A DNA stretch of 64,000 nt, taken from an uncultured Ectothiorhodospiraceae bacterium. Its GTDB lineage: Bacteria; Pseudomonadota; Gammaproteobacteria; S012-40. Shown piece after piece: positions 50,684-60,301 of the stretch. A program made the position numbers and the translations under genes. Position 1 is the first letter of the stretch. Each line of letters starts with the position of its first letter. Where the stretch lies: assembly GCA_945787715.1 (NCBI GenBank), contig CALZJE010000008.1, positions 24,367 to 88,366 of the forward strand, in the 5' to 3' direction. The notes beneath the pieces are model-generated. The model searched no databases, was not told the origin of the DNA, and saw nothing but the letters and a program-made list of their open reading frames with translations.

Positions 50684-52315
50684 TTAGAATGCCAACTCCA
50701 TTCTAGCGCCAAAGGAAAGATTCTGGTTTGTTGTATAGCGTTGATCAAGAATAGTTTCATACATGATGAATGCGTTGAATCCGTGTGGTAATACTGCGGA
50801 TATACCAATGTTTGTTCTGAAATAATCTAAGTCAGGCCTATCAGTTTGAAAACTAAAACTAGTTGCATTAGCATCATCTACAAAGCTGCCTTTGATCGAA
50901 TCTTTTCCTGTACTAAATTCATGTACCCATGAAATATCGATTTGTGGAATCAAAACTCCCCATGTTTGACTAATAGGGTAGCTTAATTGAGAGCCAAGTT
51001 CACCGAGTGTTGATGCTAGATTTCGTTTATCGATAACAAGGTTTAATTCGTTTGCACCGGTTTCTTTATAACTTTCAATCGTTGAGTTCAAATGGTCAAC
51101 TTTACCGGTGAGGGTAACACTAAAGCCATTTTTCTGGTGGATGACATAACCTGCGCCAAGACTTATCGCATTTGATGAGCTTTTTGTATCACCTGTTGCT
51201 CTTTCACTGATACTGTTACCTGCTGCGTCGTAATTAATATTTCTTCGTGATGAATAGTCGTTGTTTCCGCGGGTGATTATGATGTCAACATATAAACTGT
51301 CAGCCAAATAATAAGTTCCGTATGCTGTTAAACTTAGTCCTTGTGCGTCAAGCGATCCACCGTTATCAGATATATCCAGGTCAGTATTTGCATAGCCTGT
51401 TGCTACACCTAAAATCATTTGGTGTGTTAATCGATAATCAGCACCAATTGTTAAACCTTGAGAGTCATAATTAAAACCGTCTTCTAACAATGTGTTCGAC
51501 CTACTACCTTCGCCAATATTGCCACTGGCAAATATTCCCAGCTTATTGCTCAATAATCCAAATGGTTCAGTGCCATCGCTGTTTTCACTATTATTGAAAA
51601 ATAGATGCGATTTATTCTTTTGGGATTGGTGCTTTTCGAGGAAGTTGAATGATAAATCACCCAAAGAGATTCCTCGACTTCCTTGGCGTAGCGCTGACAA
51701 GCGGCTACCAATATTTCTCAATTGATTTTGTGCGAATGTATTTCCCACTTTATTTTGTGTAGCGACTTCTTCTGGCGCAATTTCTCGCATGGCCTTTTCA
51801 ACTTCCTCTGGAGTTGCTTGACTTAATTCATTACAACGGATTGAGAAAGATTCATTGCTGGTTGATTGAGATGCACATATATCTTCAAGTACAGATGCAA
51901 TACTTTTTTCGATAGGGATCGATGTTTCTGTTGGAAGAGCGATAATTGAGCCAACAGTGATACTTATCACCGCATTAACTATTTCATTTTGATCGCCCGT
52001 AACAGAGTACGTAATTTGATCTACTCCTGTGTAATCTGTGTTTGGCGTATAAATAATGGAAAGTTGCTCCTCACTAACACTCGCTGTTCCATTGGAAGGA
52101 GGGGACGAAATTGAAATAGTAAGCGGACCGTCATTATCGATAGCTGAGATGCTACTACTTAAATCAATCGTAATGTTATTGTTTTGATTAGTATTCACAA
52201 ATATATTTGATGCAGTTAGTGCAAAACAATTATTAGCGATAAAAAAGAAGATCATCAGAAAAAAGAAGTTTCTAGCGGTTATTAAATGAGCAATTCGGTT
52301 TTTGTTGTGTAGCAT
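50684..52315 (-). CDS. Autotransporter (type Va) outer-membrane protein with a short passenger
   Basis: Signal peptide. C-terminal beta-barrel translocator domain ending in an aromatic residue (...GARMELAF) with alternating hydrophobic beta-strands. Confidence 0.7.
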   Translation of the reverse strand: MLHNKNRIAHLITARNFFFLMIFFFIANNCFALTASNIFVNTNQNNNITIDLSSSISAIDNDGPLTISISSPPSNGTASVSEEQLSIIYTPNTDYTGVDQITYSVTGDQNEIVNAVISITVGSIIALPTETSIPIEKSIASVLEDICASQSTSNESFSIRCNELSQATPEEVEKAMREIAPEEVATQNKVGNTFAQNQLRNIGSRLSALRQGSRGISLGDLSFNFLEKHQSQKNKSHLFFNNSENSDGTEPFGLLSNKLGIFASGNIGEGSRSNTLLEDGFNYDSQGLTIGADYRLTHQMILGVATGYANTDLDISDNGGSLDAQGLSLTAYGTYYLADSLYVDIIITRGNNDYSSRRNINYDAAGNSISERATGDTKSSSNAISLGAGYVIHQKNGFSVTLTGKVDHLNSTIESYKETGANELNLVIDKRNLASTLGELGSQLSYPISQTWGVLIPQIDISWVHEFSTGKDSIKGSFVDDANATSFSFQTDRPDLDYFRTNIGISAVLPHGFNAFIMYETILDQRYTTNQNLSFGARMELAF

Positions 52316-52619
52316 TTTTTGCCTGTTGGAAAAAGGTGTCTAAAGTATATTTTACAATTAAATAAGTATATTGAGCTAGTTTTAATCAGTGTGTTTTTTA
52401 AACGCAATAGGCTTTAGCCAGCCAGTTATGCGTAACACATAGAGAAAAATTAAAGAAATGGTGAATTGATTAGATATTTAAACTAAATCCCCTGCTACTT
52501 ACAGGGAGTACAAAATCCGTTGGAGTTTCCAAAGGGGAGAGCTTTACATATCCCCTTTGGTTGTCAACAGGGAGCGCTTCGTTGACGAAGTAAAAATTGA
52601 TGAGTAGAAATCTGCTGGC

Positions 52620-52802
52620 TTAATTTATAGTGTCTTCTTTATCTTCATCTTCCGATTTTTTAAGCCATTTATCGTAACAATCTAATCCGCAGAAATGCGC
52701 GACATAGTCAGAAGCTTCAGCATTTTTAGCTTCAGATAGCGGAACTTCTTTTAGACAGACATCACATTTAATTGTTTCGTCATTGTTGTCTTTGTCATTC
52801 AT
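52620..52802 (-). CDS. Small zinc-ribbon-like protein (60 aa)
   Basis: CDVC...HFCGLDC gives four Cys/His ligands. Acidic tails. Confidence 0.4.
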   Translation of the reverse strand: MNDKDNNDETIKCDVCLKEVPLSEAKNAEASDYVAHFCGLDCYDKWLKKSEDEDKEDTIN

Positions 52803-52858
52803 GCTAATTCTCTCCCTTCACTTAATTTAAGCTAACATTTAGCTTATCGGGCTAGTAT

Positions 52859-53086
52859 TCATTTAACATTTCTGTAATCTGCATCAAGCCAGCAGCGCGG
52901 TAAACTTTCACCAGATGGAAACTGAAGCTGATCTTTTGAAATACTTTCTTCATCCTGCAGTTCTTCCCCATGGTGAAAACGTGCAAGTATGCTATTTTTC
53001 ATGGGATCAACAACTGAAGAGATCTCCATAATCTCAACCAAATCGCCGCTTTGTTTGTGTTTCAAATACATGGTTTCGTCCTCCAT
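52859..53086 (-). CDS. Hypothetical small protein (70-75 aa)
   Basis: Compact ORF in a short intergenic block. Start may be M6 (53071). No family assigned. Confidence 0.3.
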   Translation of the reverse strand: MEDETMYLKHKQSGDLVEIMEISSVVDPMKNSILARFHHGEELQDEESISKDQLQFPSGESLPRCWLDADYRNVK

Positions 53087-53336
53087 CTAGGGAAAAAATT
53101 TATCGTATATAGTAAATTATGGTTTATTTTTTGAAAAAAGAAAGAAATATTAGGGATTAATAATCCTGTGGAATTTTGTCAAGTACAATACCATTTTAAA
53201 TAAATATCAATAATAACTTTAAAATGGATCGATGTCTCGACAGAATTGCTAAGACAAGCATGATGAGGTGATTATTACTTAATGAATGATTTAAAAAATA
53301 GAGAGGCAATAAGCACTTGGAAATGTTGAATGAGAC

Positions 53337-54476
53337 TTATTGGAAAGCAATGTCCAGAAGTGACATTATTTCAATCGCATGTTCGCTTTCTCTGATTTCA
53401 ACCTCTCTTGCACCTTTTTCTTCGAGCCACTGATCAAAGTTCTGGAGTTCTTGAACGCTTGGGCAATCACCTACGCCACCGATAGTTTTACAGGCAATTG
53501 CTGCCCAAAGTCGGCCTGTGCGAATAGACGTTTGAAATTCATCAAGTGTGAAGTTGGGTTTATTACAGAGATGAGAAACAACACCCGCCGCGAACGCATC
53601 TCCTGCACCTGTGGGATCAATAACCTCGTGCACATCGATTATCGGCCAGGCCAGAATAAATGAGTTTTGGCGTTTTTTGTGAATCCCCAAAGCACCAAAT
53701 CTATCCAGAGTGATTATTGCATTTATTTTCAATTGATGAATAACATCAACAATTTCCTTTAAGCTCTTCTTTTCACCATTTGAAGAAAAGAAACGCTTGG
53801 CTTCTTCGAGATTTAATTGAAAGACATCTATTTTTGGAAGGTCACTCTTCCAGAACTCGTATCCCAGGTTAATTTGACTTGAGCCAAAATTAGAAAATAA
53901 CTGGCTATTGCCAAAAAAATGATTGATAAGATATTTTGTACTTTCACCACAGTTTTTCGCATTGATATCTTTCCCGTCACTTTGTATATGTCCAATCATC
54001 ACTAAGTCCGGGCTGGCTTGTGCAATCTCTTCAGCATAAGCCACTCGATTTTTTAATTGTTTGATAAAATACGTTCCATTACGGAGTTTTTGAGTAAATA
54101 TTGTTCGGACGGAGCCATGAACAAGGATTGTTGTATTTGAGGTTTTTATGTCTGGATCTAGAAAGCTTGACGTTGCGTTGTCAGATTTAATAAATGCTAA
54201 AACACGTTCGCTAGCCGAGTTATTCTCGACTAAACAGGTGAATGTGAGTTGAATTTTTTTACCGACTTCATCGTTTCCAATTGTTAATATAGGAAATACA
54301 TCTAGGCCTGCGCAGAGTAGGCGCATAGCATAATTAACGGCACTTCCTCCGTAGAGCTCGGTAACTTCAGCAAAATGCTTATTGCCGAAGCTAATATCGT
54401 TTTCTACAGAAAGGATATTTTCTGAGTTACCACCACCGATGGCGAGAATGAGCGGTGTTTTCTTTTTAAGTGACAT
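53337..54476 (-). CDS. PfkB family carbohydrate/nucleoside kinase
   Basis: DPTGAGDAFAAG anion-hole motif near the C-terminus and a GG motif near the N-terminus. 379 aa. Confidence 0.7.
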   Translation of the reverse strand: MSLKKKTPLILAIGGGNSENILSVENDISFGNKHFAEVTELYGGSAVNYAMRLLCAGLDVFPILTIGNDEVGKKIQLTFTCLVENNSASERVLAFIKSDNATSSFLDPDIKTSNTTILVHGSVRTIFTQKLRNGTYFIKQLKNRVAYAEEIAQASPDLVMIGHIQSDGKDINAKNCGESTKYLINHFFGNSQLFSNFGSSQINLGYEFWKSDLPKIDVFQLNLEEAKRFFSSNGEKKSLKEIVDVIHQLKINAIITLDRFGALGIHKKRQNSFILAWPIIDVHEVIDPTGAGDAFAAGVVSHLCNKPNFTLDEFQTSIRTGRLWAAIACKTIGGVGDCPSVQELQNFDQWLEEKGAREVEIRESEHAIEIMSLLDIAFQ

Positions 54477-54800
54477 AAATTGTTTTTTTGATGAATTGTA
54501 AGTTAAGAATATGCTTAGCGGTAAACTGCTAGTGAGTGTTTTGGTTGAAAATTCTGCAATATGAGGGCCAGTCAGTGTTGTGGTTGTAAAATAAGCAGGT
54601 CAAATATAAGTCTGAATTGAGCGCTTAAATATTGATAAATATTTGTTTTAATTGGGTGCAGCACATAACTTCCTTTTGCTATCTTTTAATTTATCAATTT
54701 ATAATGAATTCTAACAGTGATGATAAAAAAACATCAAAAATATGTGTGTTTTTTGAGTATCAATCGTTATTCACTTATATCTAAAGTAGAGATTTAAAAG

Positions 54801-55577
54801 ATGGAAATAATTATATTATTTATTGTGCAATGGTACGTATCAGTATTTATGCAGAGTTTTTACCTGCATAGATTTGCTGCGCATGGAATGATGGAGATGT
54901 CGTTTTTCTGGTCACGAATCTTCTATTTAATAACCACTGTTGTGCAAGGTCCTTCATTTTTAAATCCTCGTGCGTATGCTATTTTACATACACTACATCA
55001 TGGATTCAGTGACACAGAGAAAGATCCTCATTCCCCGCACTATACAAACAATGCGCTGACTATGGTATGGGAAACCTTCAATATTTACACGGATATTCGC
55101 AAGCGTCGCATTCATCAGAATTTTCCAATCAAGCGTGAATGTGTTGATTGGTCTTTTTTTGAAAATATAAACAATACACGTTTGATGCGGATAGCGCTGA
55201 TTGGGCTCTATTTCGCGTTATATTGGAATTTTGCAACGTCTCCCTGGTTGTGGCTTTTATTTCCAGTTCATCTCTTCATTGGCCCCTTGCAAGGAGCATT
55301 GGTAAACTGGTTTGGGCATAAGTATGGTTATGTAAATTATGACGATGTAAAAGATCATTCCCGTAATACATTACTCGTTGATTTTCTCTGTCTAGGTGAG
55401 TTGTATCAAAACAATCATCATAAGTATCCTAAAGATATTAATTTTGCGCAAAAGAAAAATGAAAAAGATCTGAGTTTAATTTTTATAGAAATGTTTGAGA
55501 AAATGGGAATCGTTACTTTTGCTCGCAGAATAAGAACGACTGGCGAGAATGAAAGTAGGGTTAAACAGAGTACGTGA
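54801..55577 (+). CDS. Membrane fatty-acid desaturase family protein
   Basis: Histidine boxes HTLHHGFSD and NNHHKYP plus NWFGHKYGY. Start may be a downstream Met. Confidence 0.65.
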   Translation: MEIIILFIVQWYVSVFMQSFYLHRFAAHGMMEMSFFWSRIFYLITTVVQGPSFLNPRAYAILHTLHHGFSDTEKDPHSPHYTNNALTMVWETFNIYTDIRKRRIHQNFPIKRECVDWSFFENINNTRLMRIALIGLYFALYWNFATSPWLWLLFPVHLFIGPLQGALVNWFGHKYGYVNYDDVKDHSRNTLLVDFLCLGELYQNNHHKYPKDINFAQKKNEKDLSLIFIEMFEKMGIVTFARRIRTTGENESRVKQST

Positions 55578-55730
55578 CGTCAAATAAAGGCGTGAAATAT
55601 TTCTATGATGTATTGAGTCATGGTTAAGAAATGATAGCTGTTTAATAATTCTTGATTGAATAGTATTGTTCTTTGAAATCTTATCAATTATCACAATAAG
55701 ATAGTTTGATACGATATTGAATTTTTATGG

Positions 55731-57239
55731 TTAACCGATAAGTTTATTAATCCGCGGAATCAATTCTTCAATTTTTATGGGCTTCTCAATAAAGTCTGCA
55801 GCGCCTATTCCAAGTACATGCTCTCTGGTCGTAACCTTGTTATCTCCCGTAATAATGATCACCGGAACAGGCTCTGTTTTAGGGTTTTGTTTTATACGTT
55901 CAAGAATTTTTATTCCGTCAATATCAGGTAGCAAAACATCTAATATTAATAAATCTGGTAACGGACCTTGTGTTAACATCGTGAGTGCAGTATATCCATC
56001 AGGGACATCAAAAACTTCAACATCTAGGTCTTCTAATACACGTCTCACATATTGAACTATCGCTTGATCATCATCCACAACCATGATTTTTGGACGTATT
56101 TCAGGAAATTTAGCAATCATAGTCGTTTTTACCTCTGGTTCCGATTCTATGATTAAATTACCATTGTGTGCCAGCAATATCTCATTGCAGTGAGGTATTC
56201 CGATACCTGAGCCTTTTTCACCAGCAGTTCCTAGGGTAGATGTTTTTGTTTCCAGTGAAATTAAGTCAGTTATTTTTTCTTTGGGAATTCCCACTCCTGT
56301 ATCTTCAACAGCAACTGTAGATCCATCAGGAGAATAAATGCGTATTATTGAATTTTTATGGCTAAATTTAATGGCGTTACTTAAAAAGTTTTGTATGAGT
56401 TGATTTATCAGAACTTTATCTGAGTAGATGCGTGATTTTTTATTGACTTCATTTTTAATTTCAATTTCTTTTTCTTCTGCCATGAAGCTAAGTCGGTTAA
56501 CGACTTCATTAACGATGTAATAAAGATTGTTGAATGTACGTATTGGTTTAATGAATCCTTGTTGCAAGCGACTGAGGTCTAATAAATCTTCAACCATATT
56601 AAGTAATTGTTTTGATGAATTGAGAGCCAATGTAGTAAGTTTATCTTTTTCTTCCATTGGAATTGAAATATTCTCTTCTTTATTTGTTGCTAATGTCAAT
56701 GCACCAATAACAGCACCTAGAGGGTTTCTTAAATCGTGAGATACTAACGATACGTATTTGTCCTTTAATGCGGTTGCCATTTCGGCTTGTTCTTTTGCTA
56801 CTCTGAGCTGAGTTTCTTGTTGAAATCTGTGGTATGCATAGTTAGATTGGCGAATTAGTAGTTTGGGATATGTTTCATCTTTAAAGAGAAAGTTTTGCGC
56901 GCCCAATGCAATCGCTTCCATTCCCAGCTTCTCATCATTAATACCAGTTAACACAACTATTGCGATGTCATCACATTTTTTTCGGAAGTTTGTAATCGTC
57001 TCAAGTCCGGATGAATCCGATAGATTAAGATCTAGAAGTACGATATCAAAACTATTTTTTTTCACAGGGTTTGATAATGTGGAAAACGCTTCTTTAAGGC
57101 TTACTACATGTGTAATTTTCGCTTGGCCAAATTCTACGGGTGCACTGGAGAAAACAGAATTAACAATCATTGCGGATGATTGGCTGTCTTCTACTAATAA
57201 TACGTTTTTGACGGAAAAATAGGCAGTATCTGTTAACAT
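55731..57239 (-). CDS. Hybrid sensor histidine kinase with REC-HisKA-HATPase-REC architecture (no TM)
   Basis: N-terminal receiver (LLVEDS...LDLNLSDSSG), H-box LVSHDLRNPLGAV, G-boxes (DTGVGIP, GSGIGI), and a C-terminal receiver (MVVDDD...LLILDVLLPDIDG). Confidence 0.85.
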   Translation of the reverse strand: MLTDTAYFSVKNVLLVEDSQSSAMIVNSVFSSAPVEFGQAKITHVVSLKEAFSTLSNPVKKNSFDIVLLDLNLSDSSGLETITNFRKKCDDIAIVVLTGINDEKLGMEAIALGAQNFLFKDETYPKLLIRQSNYAYHRFQQETQLRVAKEQAEMATALKDKYVSLVSHDLRNPLGAVIGALTLATNKEENISIPMEEKDKLTTLALNSSKQLLNMVEDLLDLSRLQQGFIKPIRTFNNLYYIVNEVVNRLSFMAEEKEIEIKNEVNKKSRIYSDKVLINQLIQNFLSNAIKFSHKNSIIRIYSPDGSTVAVEDTGVGIPKEKITDLISLETKTSTLGTAGEKGSGIGIPHCNEILLAHNGNLIIESEPEVKTTMIAKFPEIRPKIMVVDDDQAIVQYVRRVLEDLDVEVFDVPDGYTALTMLTQGPLPDLLILDVLLPDIDGIKILERIKQNPKTEPVPVIIITGDNKVTTREHVLGIGAADFIEKPIKIEELIPRINKLIG

Positions 57240-57464
57240 ATCAATGATGGACTCGCTTAGATGTTGACGCTAACGGCAAATATTAAAATAAATTAAATGT
57301 AAAAACATTCTGATAAGCGATCAAAGACACTGATGTTCATGACTAAATGTCGGGAAATTATGTTTTAATCCAAGCGCAAAAAAGTGACTAAATTACTGGG
57401 GGTTTTCGTCAAGTTAATGGGGGATGTGGTTTTTGAATCGTGGCAACTGAAAGATTAATCGAAT

Positions 57465-58547
57465 TTAATAAACCAGCTCAGCGGTAAACATAAAAATGTC
57501 ACCCTCTAGGCCGCTGTTTTGGCTATAGCGTTCATACTTCACTTGAAATTGTGATCGACCTAGATATCGTGGTGTATAACCCAACTTAAGCCCATATAAG
57601 CGGGATGTAAAAGCCTTTAAGGAGCTGGATGATGTTAAATATTGCTCCATTCCAGTATAAGACGATTTCAAGAAGTCTGCTGAGTTTTGCTCATAAAATC
57701 GTATTTCGCCGCGGAGTTGCAAGCGTTTGCTTAATTTTTGATAGGCTTTTACCTCAATAGTATTTGAACTTAGCGCCCAATCATCTTGATAAAAACGATA
57801 ACCAAAATGTAAGGCGGTTTGTGTTGCTAGCCAATGAGCGTAACGAATTCCTACTGCTTGTCGAATCCGGTTGGAGGGTAAAAACTCATCAAAGATTAAA
57901 TTGTTTTCCAGCACAATCTGTCGATTCCCAGTGCTCAAATAACCTTTATTATTCTGTAGTGTATAACCCAGCTGCATGATTGAAGTAGGTGATAACACCT
58001 GAGTCAATGCCAGCGAATAATTGTCTACGTCCTTGGACTTTTTATTTTCCATGAATCGACCATTAACGGTATCGAAATTATGTGCATATCCCATACTTAA
58101 TGTTGTATTGCGTCGATTGAAATCTTTGGACAAACCAATGGATGGCGAAAAGGATTCATAATCCTTTTCTATACTTTGCAGGTAACCTGCGTTAAAGGTC
58201 CAGTCTCCTTTAATGTGTGAAATACCTGCCACATATTCCTGGCGGGTATCAACCGATGATTCCAGATCACCAGTGAATTGTGAGGCGCCTGAAATGGAAT
58301 CAATGCCGTCATAGTTTGTTTCAACCCGGTCTACAGTGAACTTGGCGTTAACTGTAGTCTGAAGGGATAAAATATTTTCGTAAGAGAGAATTGGTTTAGT
58401 AATAGTTAAGCCAGGCGTGAGGCTGTAATAGTGGGTCATTAAGCCGACAGTGCTGTCTGCGAACGCAGTCCATTGCATACTTAAGAGCAGTATTACAATA
58501 CCTGTTATGGAATAGCGTCGTCGACGAAATTTTGATAAAACAAACAT
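57465..58547 (-). CDS. DUF3570-like predicted outer-membrane beta-barrel protein
   Basis: Signal peptide (start taken at M10 of the track ORF). About 360 aa with alternating amphipathic strands. Family assigned from size, context and memory. Confidence 0.5.
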   Translation of the reverse strand: MFVLSKFRRRRYSITGIVILLLSMQWTAFADSTVGLMTHYYSLTPGLTITKPILSYENILSLQTTVNAKFTVDRVETNYDGIDSISGASQFTGDLESSVDTRQEYVAGISHIKGDWTFNAGYLQSIEKDYESFSPSIGLSKDFNRRNTTLSMGYAHNFDTVNGRFMENKKSKDVDNYSLALTQVLSPTSIMQLGYTLQNNKGYLSTGNRQIVLENNLIFDEFLPSNRIRQAVGIRYAHWLATQTALHFGYRFYQDDWALSSNTIEVKAYQKLSKRLQLRGEIRFYEQNSADFLKSSYTGMEQYLTSSSSLKAFTSRLYGLKLGYTPRYLGRSQFQVKYERYSQNSGLEGDIFMFTAELVY

Positions 58548-58551
58548 AGAT

Positions 58552-58755
58552 CTAGTTGCAGCCACAACCACCACCGCCTACGCCAAACCCACCTGTAGAG
58601 CCTTCCAGAGAATTCAGAAAGTGTTCTCGCGCGCCAATTTCAACTTTTTCCATATCAAACTGCATTTCCGGTTTGGAAAGGGTTTCGCGCTGAAAAGGTT
58701 GAACAGTTGTGCATGCGCTGATAAATAGTGTTAGAAATAGAATGATTACTTTCAT
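58552..58755 (-). CDS. DUF4266-like small lipoprotein with C-terminal GGGGCGCN tail
   Basis: Lipobox LFISAC. 67 aa from the ATG at 58755, which overlaps the TlpA stop as ATGA. Gly-rich CGC C-terminus. Confidence 0.55.
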   Translation of the reverse strand: MKVIILFLTLFISACTTVQPFQRETLSKPEMQFDMEKVEIGAREHFLNSLEGSTGGFGVGGGGCGCN

Positions 58756-59294
58756 TTTTTCTCTTGCAAAAGGCTTGAAACCTCTTGGCTCCATTTAATG
58801 GTGTCTTTTTCAGAATTAAAACCGTAGTGTTTGTAACGCACAATTCCGTTCTGATCCAGGATATATGATGAAGGCATGGCGACTGCACCAAAGCTCGAAA
58901 CAACATTTGTTTGTGGATCAAATAACACACGGCTTCTAATTTTATATTTTTCTAAAAACTGATTGGCATTTTCTATGTCACGGTCAATATTGATTGCTAA
59001 TACGACTAAGTTATCAAATTTATCCTGCAGTTGATCTAACATGGGCAGTTCTTTGCGGCAAGGAGTGCACCAGCTCGCCCAAAAATTTATGAAAACAATC
59101 TTGTCTTTAAAGTCGTTGAGTTGGTAACTATTATTATCTGCACCCTCAAGTTTAAAAAAAGGTGCTGGCTGGCCCACCGCAGCTGCGAGAGTGACGGTAG
59201 GCCAGGCCAGACAAAGTATCAGAAGTGTTTTCGTTAAGCGGGAGGAGCGAAATATCTTCTGGGGAGGGGAAGTAATTGTCATATTTACATCCAT
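58752..59294 (-). CDS. TlpA/ResA-like periplasmic thiol:disulfide oxidoreductase
   Basis: Signal peptide. FINFWASWCTPCRKELP thioredoxin CxxC motif. Confidence 0.8.
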   Translation of the reverse strand: MDVNMTITSPPQKIFRSSRLTKTLLILCLAWPTVTLAAAVGQPAPFFKLEGADNNSYQLNDFKDKIVFINFWASWCTPCRKELPMLDQLQDKFDNLVVLAINIDRDIENANQFLEKYKIRSRVLFDPQTNVVSSFGAVAMPSSYILDQNGIVRYKHYGFNSEKDTIKWSQEVSSLLQEKK

Positions 59295-59296
59295 TA

Positions 59297-60277
59297 TTAA
59301 TTATTTTTGGCGCCTTCAGCGATCCATTGTCGTATCGCTTTATAGTCCGCATCGTCTGTAGATCGCCAGGATGCGCCACCGCCATGTTGGGAGCCATACA
59401 TTGGCGTTGCCAACACCAAGCTGGCATCAGGATTGTTCAGATTAACGATATCTTGAATGCCTTTTTCTGAATTTTCATCTTTCTCAAAAGCGGATAAATC
59501 CAGGCCGCCACCATAAGCATATTTGGTTCCTTTGGGGTATTCAACCCAGGGTCTTGCTTTTTCTGGCAAATGACATGATTTGCAACGATTCTTCAATACC
59601 GGCATAACATGCTTTTTGAAACTCACACCGGTTTCCGGATAACTTGATAAGGTCGAAAAACCACTTGCCAACAAAGCCCCTCGGCTGTTCAATGGTGCGT
59701 GATGCATACCACAACTCATGCGAGAGGTTGTTGAGCTGCTACCACCAACACCGGGTATTGTCATCATCGCTGTAATCAAATCATCATTTTTCACCCAAGC
59801 TTTATATCGCCATGTGCTAGAACTGGCTCTATTCTCTGCTTCACTTTTATCCGGATTCCAGGCTTGAGGGTCCGAAGCAATTTTACTGTAAGTGAAAAAA
59901 TTACCCGAATCATTGGTGGTCATGCTGATTACATTGCCTTGCACATCTTCTAGAATAATTTCAGCACCGACCAATGGTTCACGAGCTGCTCTGTCTTTGT
60001 ACAATGTACCAGCCATGGTAAACACAGATTCATGAGCTTTTCCGGTTTCTGAATGACAGATTCCACAGTCTTCACCAGTCATATGAAATTCATTTCCGGC
60101 AGTTTCATCTGCTTCGGCTTCATCGCTCAATTCACCATTATCCTTGCCAGCCACATGACCACTTGGTGCTTCAGCCCACTGCATTCCTTTGGGGGTGAAT
60201 ACTCTATCTGTGGCACTGAGCTGACCAAAAAATAAAATACTGCTGATTAAAAATGTTAATTTTGTGCTGAGTCGCAT
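59297..60277 (-). CDS. Secreted dihaem c-type cytochrome-like protein
   Basis: Signal peptide. Two CxxCH motifs (CGICH, CKSCH). Third atypical CGMHH site. Central beta-rich region (GAEIILEDVQGNVISMTTNDSGNFF). Confidence 0.55.
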   Translation of the reverse strand: MRLSTKLTFLISSILFFGQLSATDRVFTPKGMQWAEAPSGHVAGKDNGELSDEAEADETAGNEFHMTGEDCGICHSETGKAHESVFTMAGTLYKDRAAREPLVGAEIILEDVQGNVISMTTNDSGNFFTYSKIASDPQAWNPDKSEAENRASSSTWRYKAWVKNDDLITAMMTIPGVGGSSSTTSRMSCGMHHAPLNSRGALLASGFSTLSSYPETGVSFKKHVMPVLKNRCKSCHLPEKARPWVEYPKGTKYAYGGGLDLSAFEKDENSEKGIQDIVNLNNPDASLVLATPMYGSQHGGGASWRSTDDADYKAIRQWIAEGAKNN

Positions 60278-60301
60278 TATCTTTCTCCCGATGTTCTTTT
60301 T

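Noticed and set aside
55731-55745. ACCGATAAG resembling a sigma-28 -10 box on the plus strand
   Set aside because: It has the wrong first base and lies inside and antisense to the histidine-kinase stop region, with no gene downstream in that orientation.
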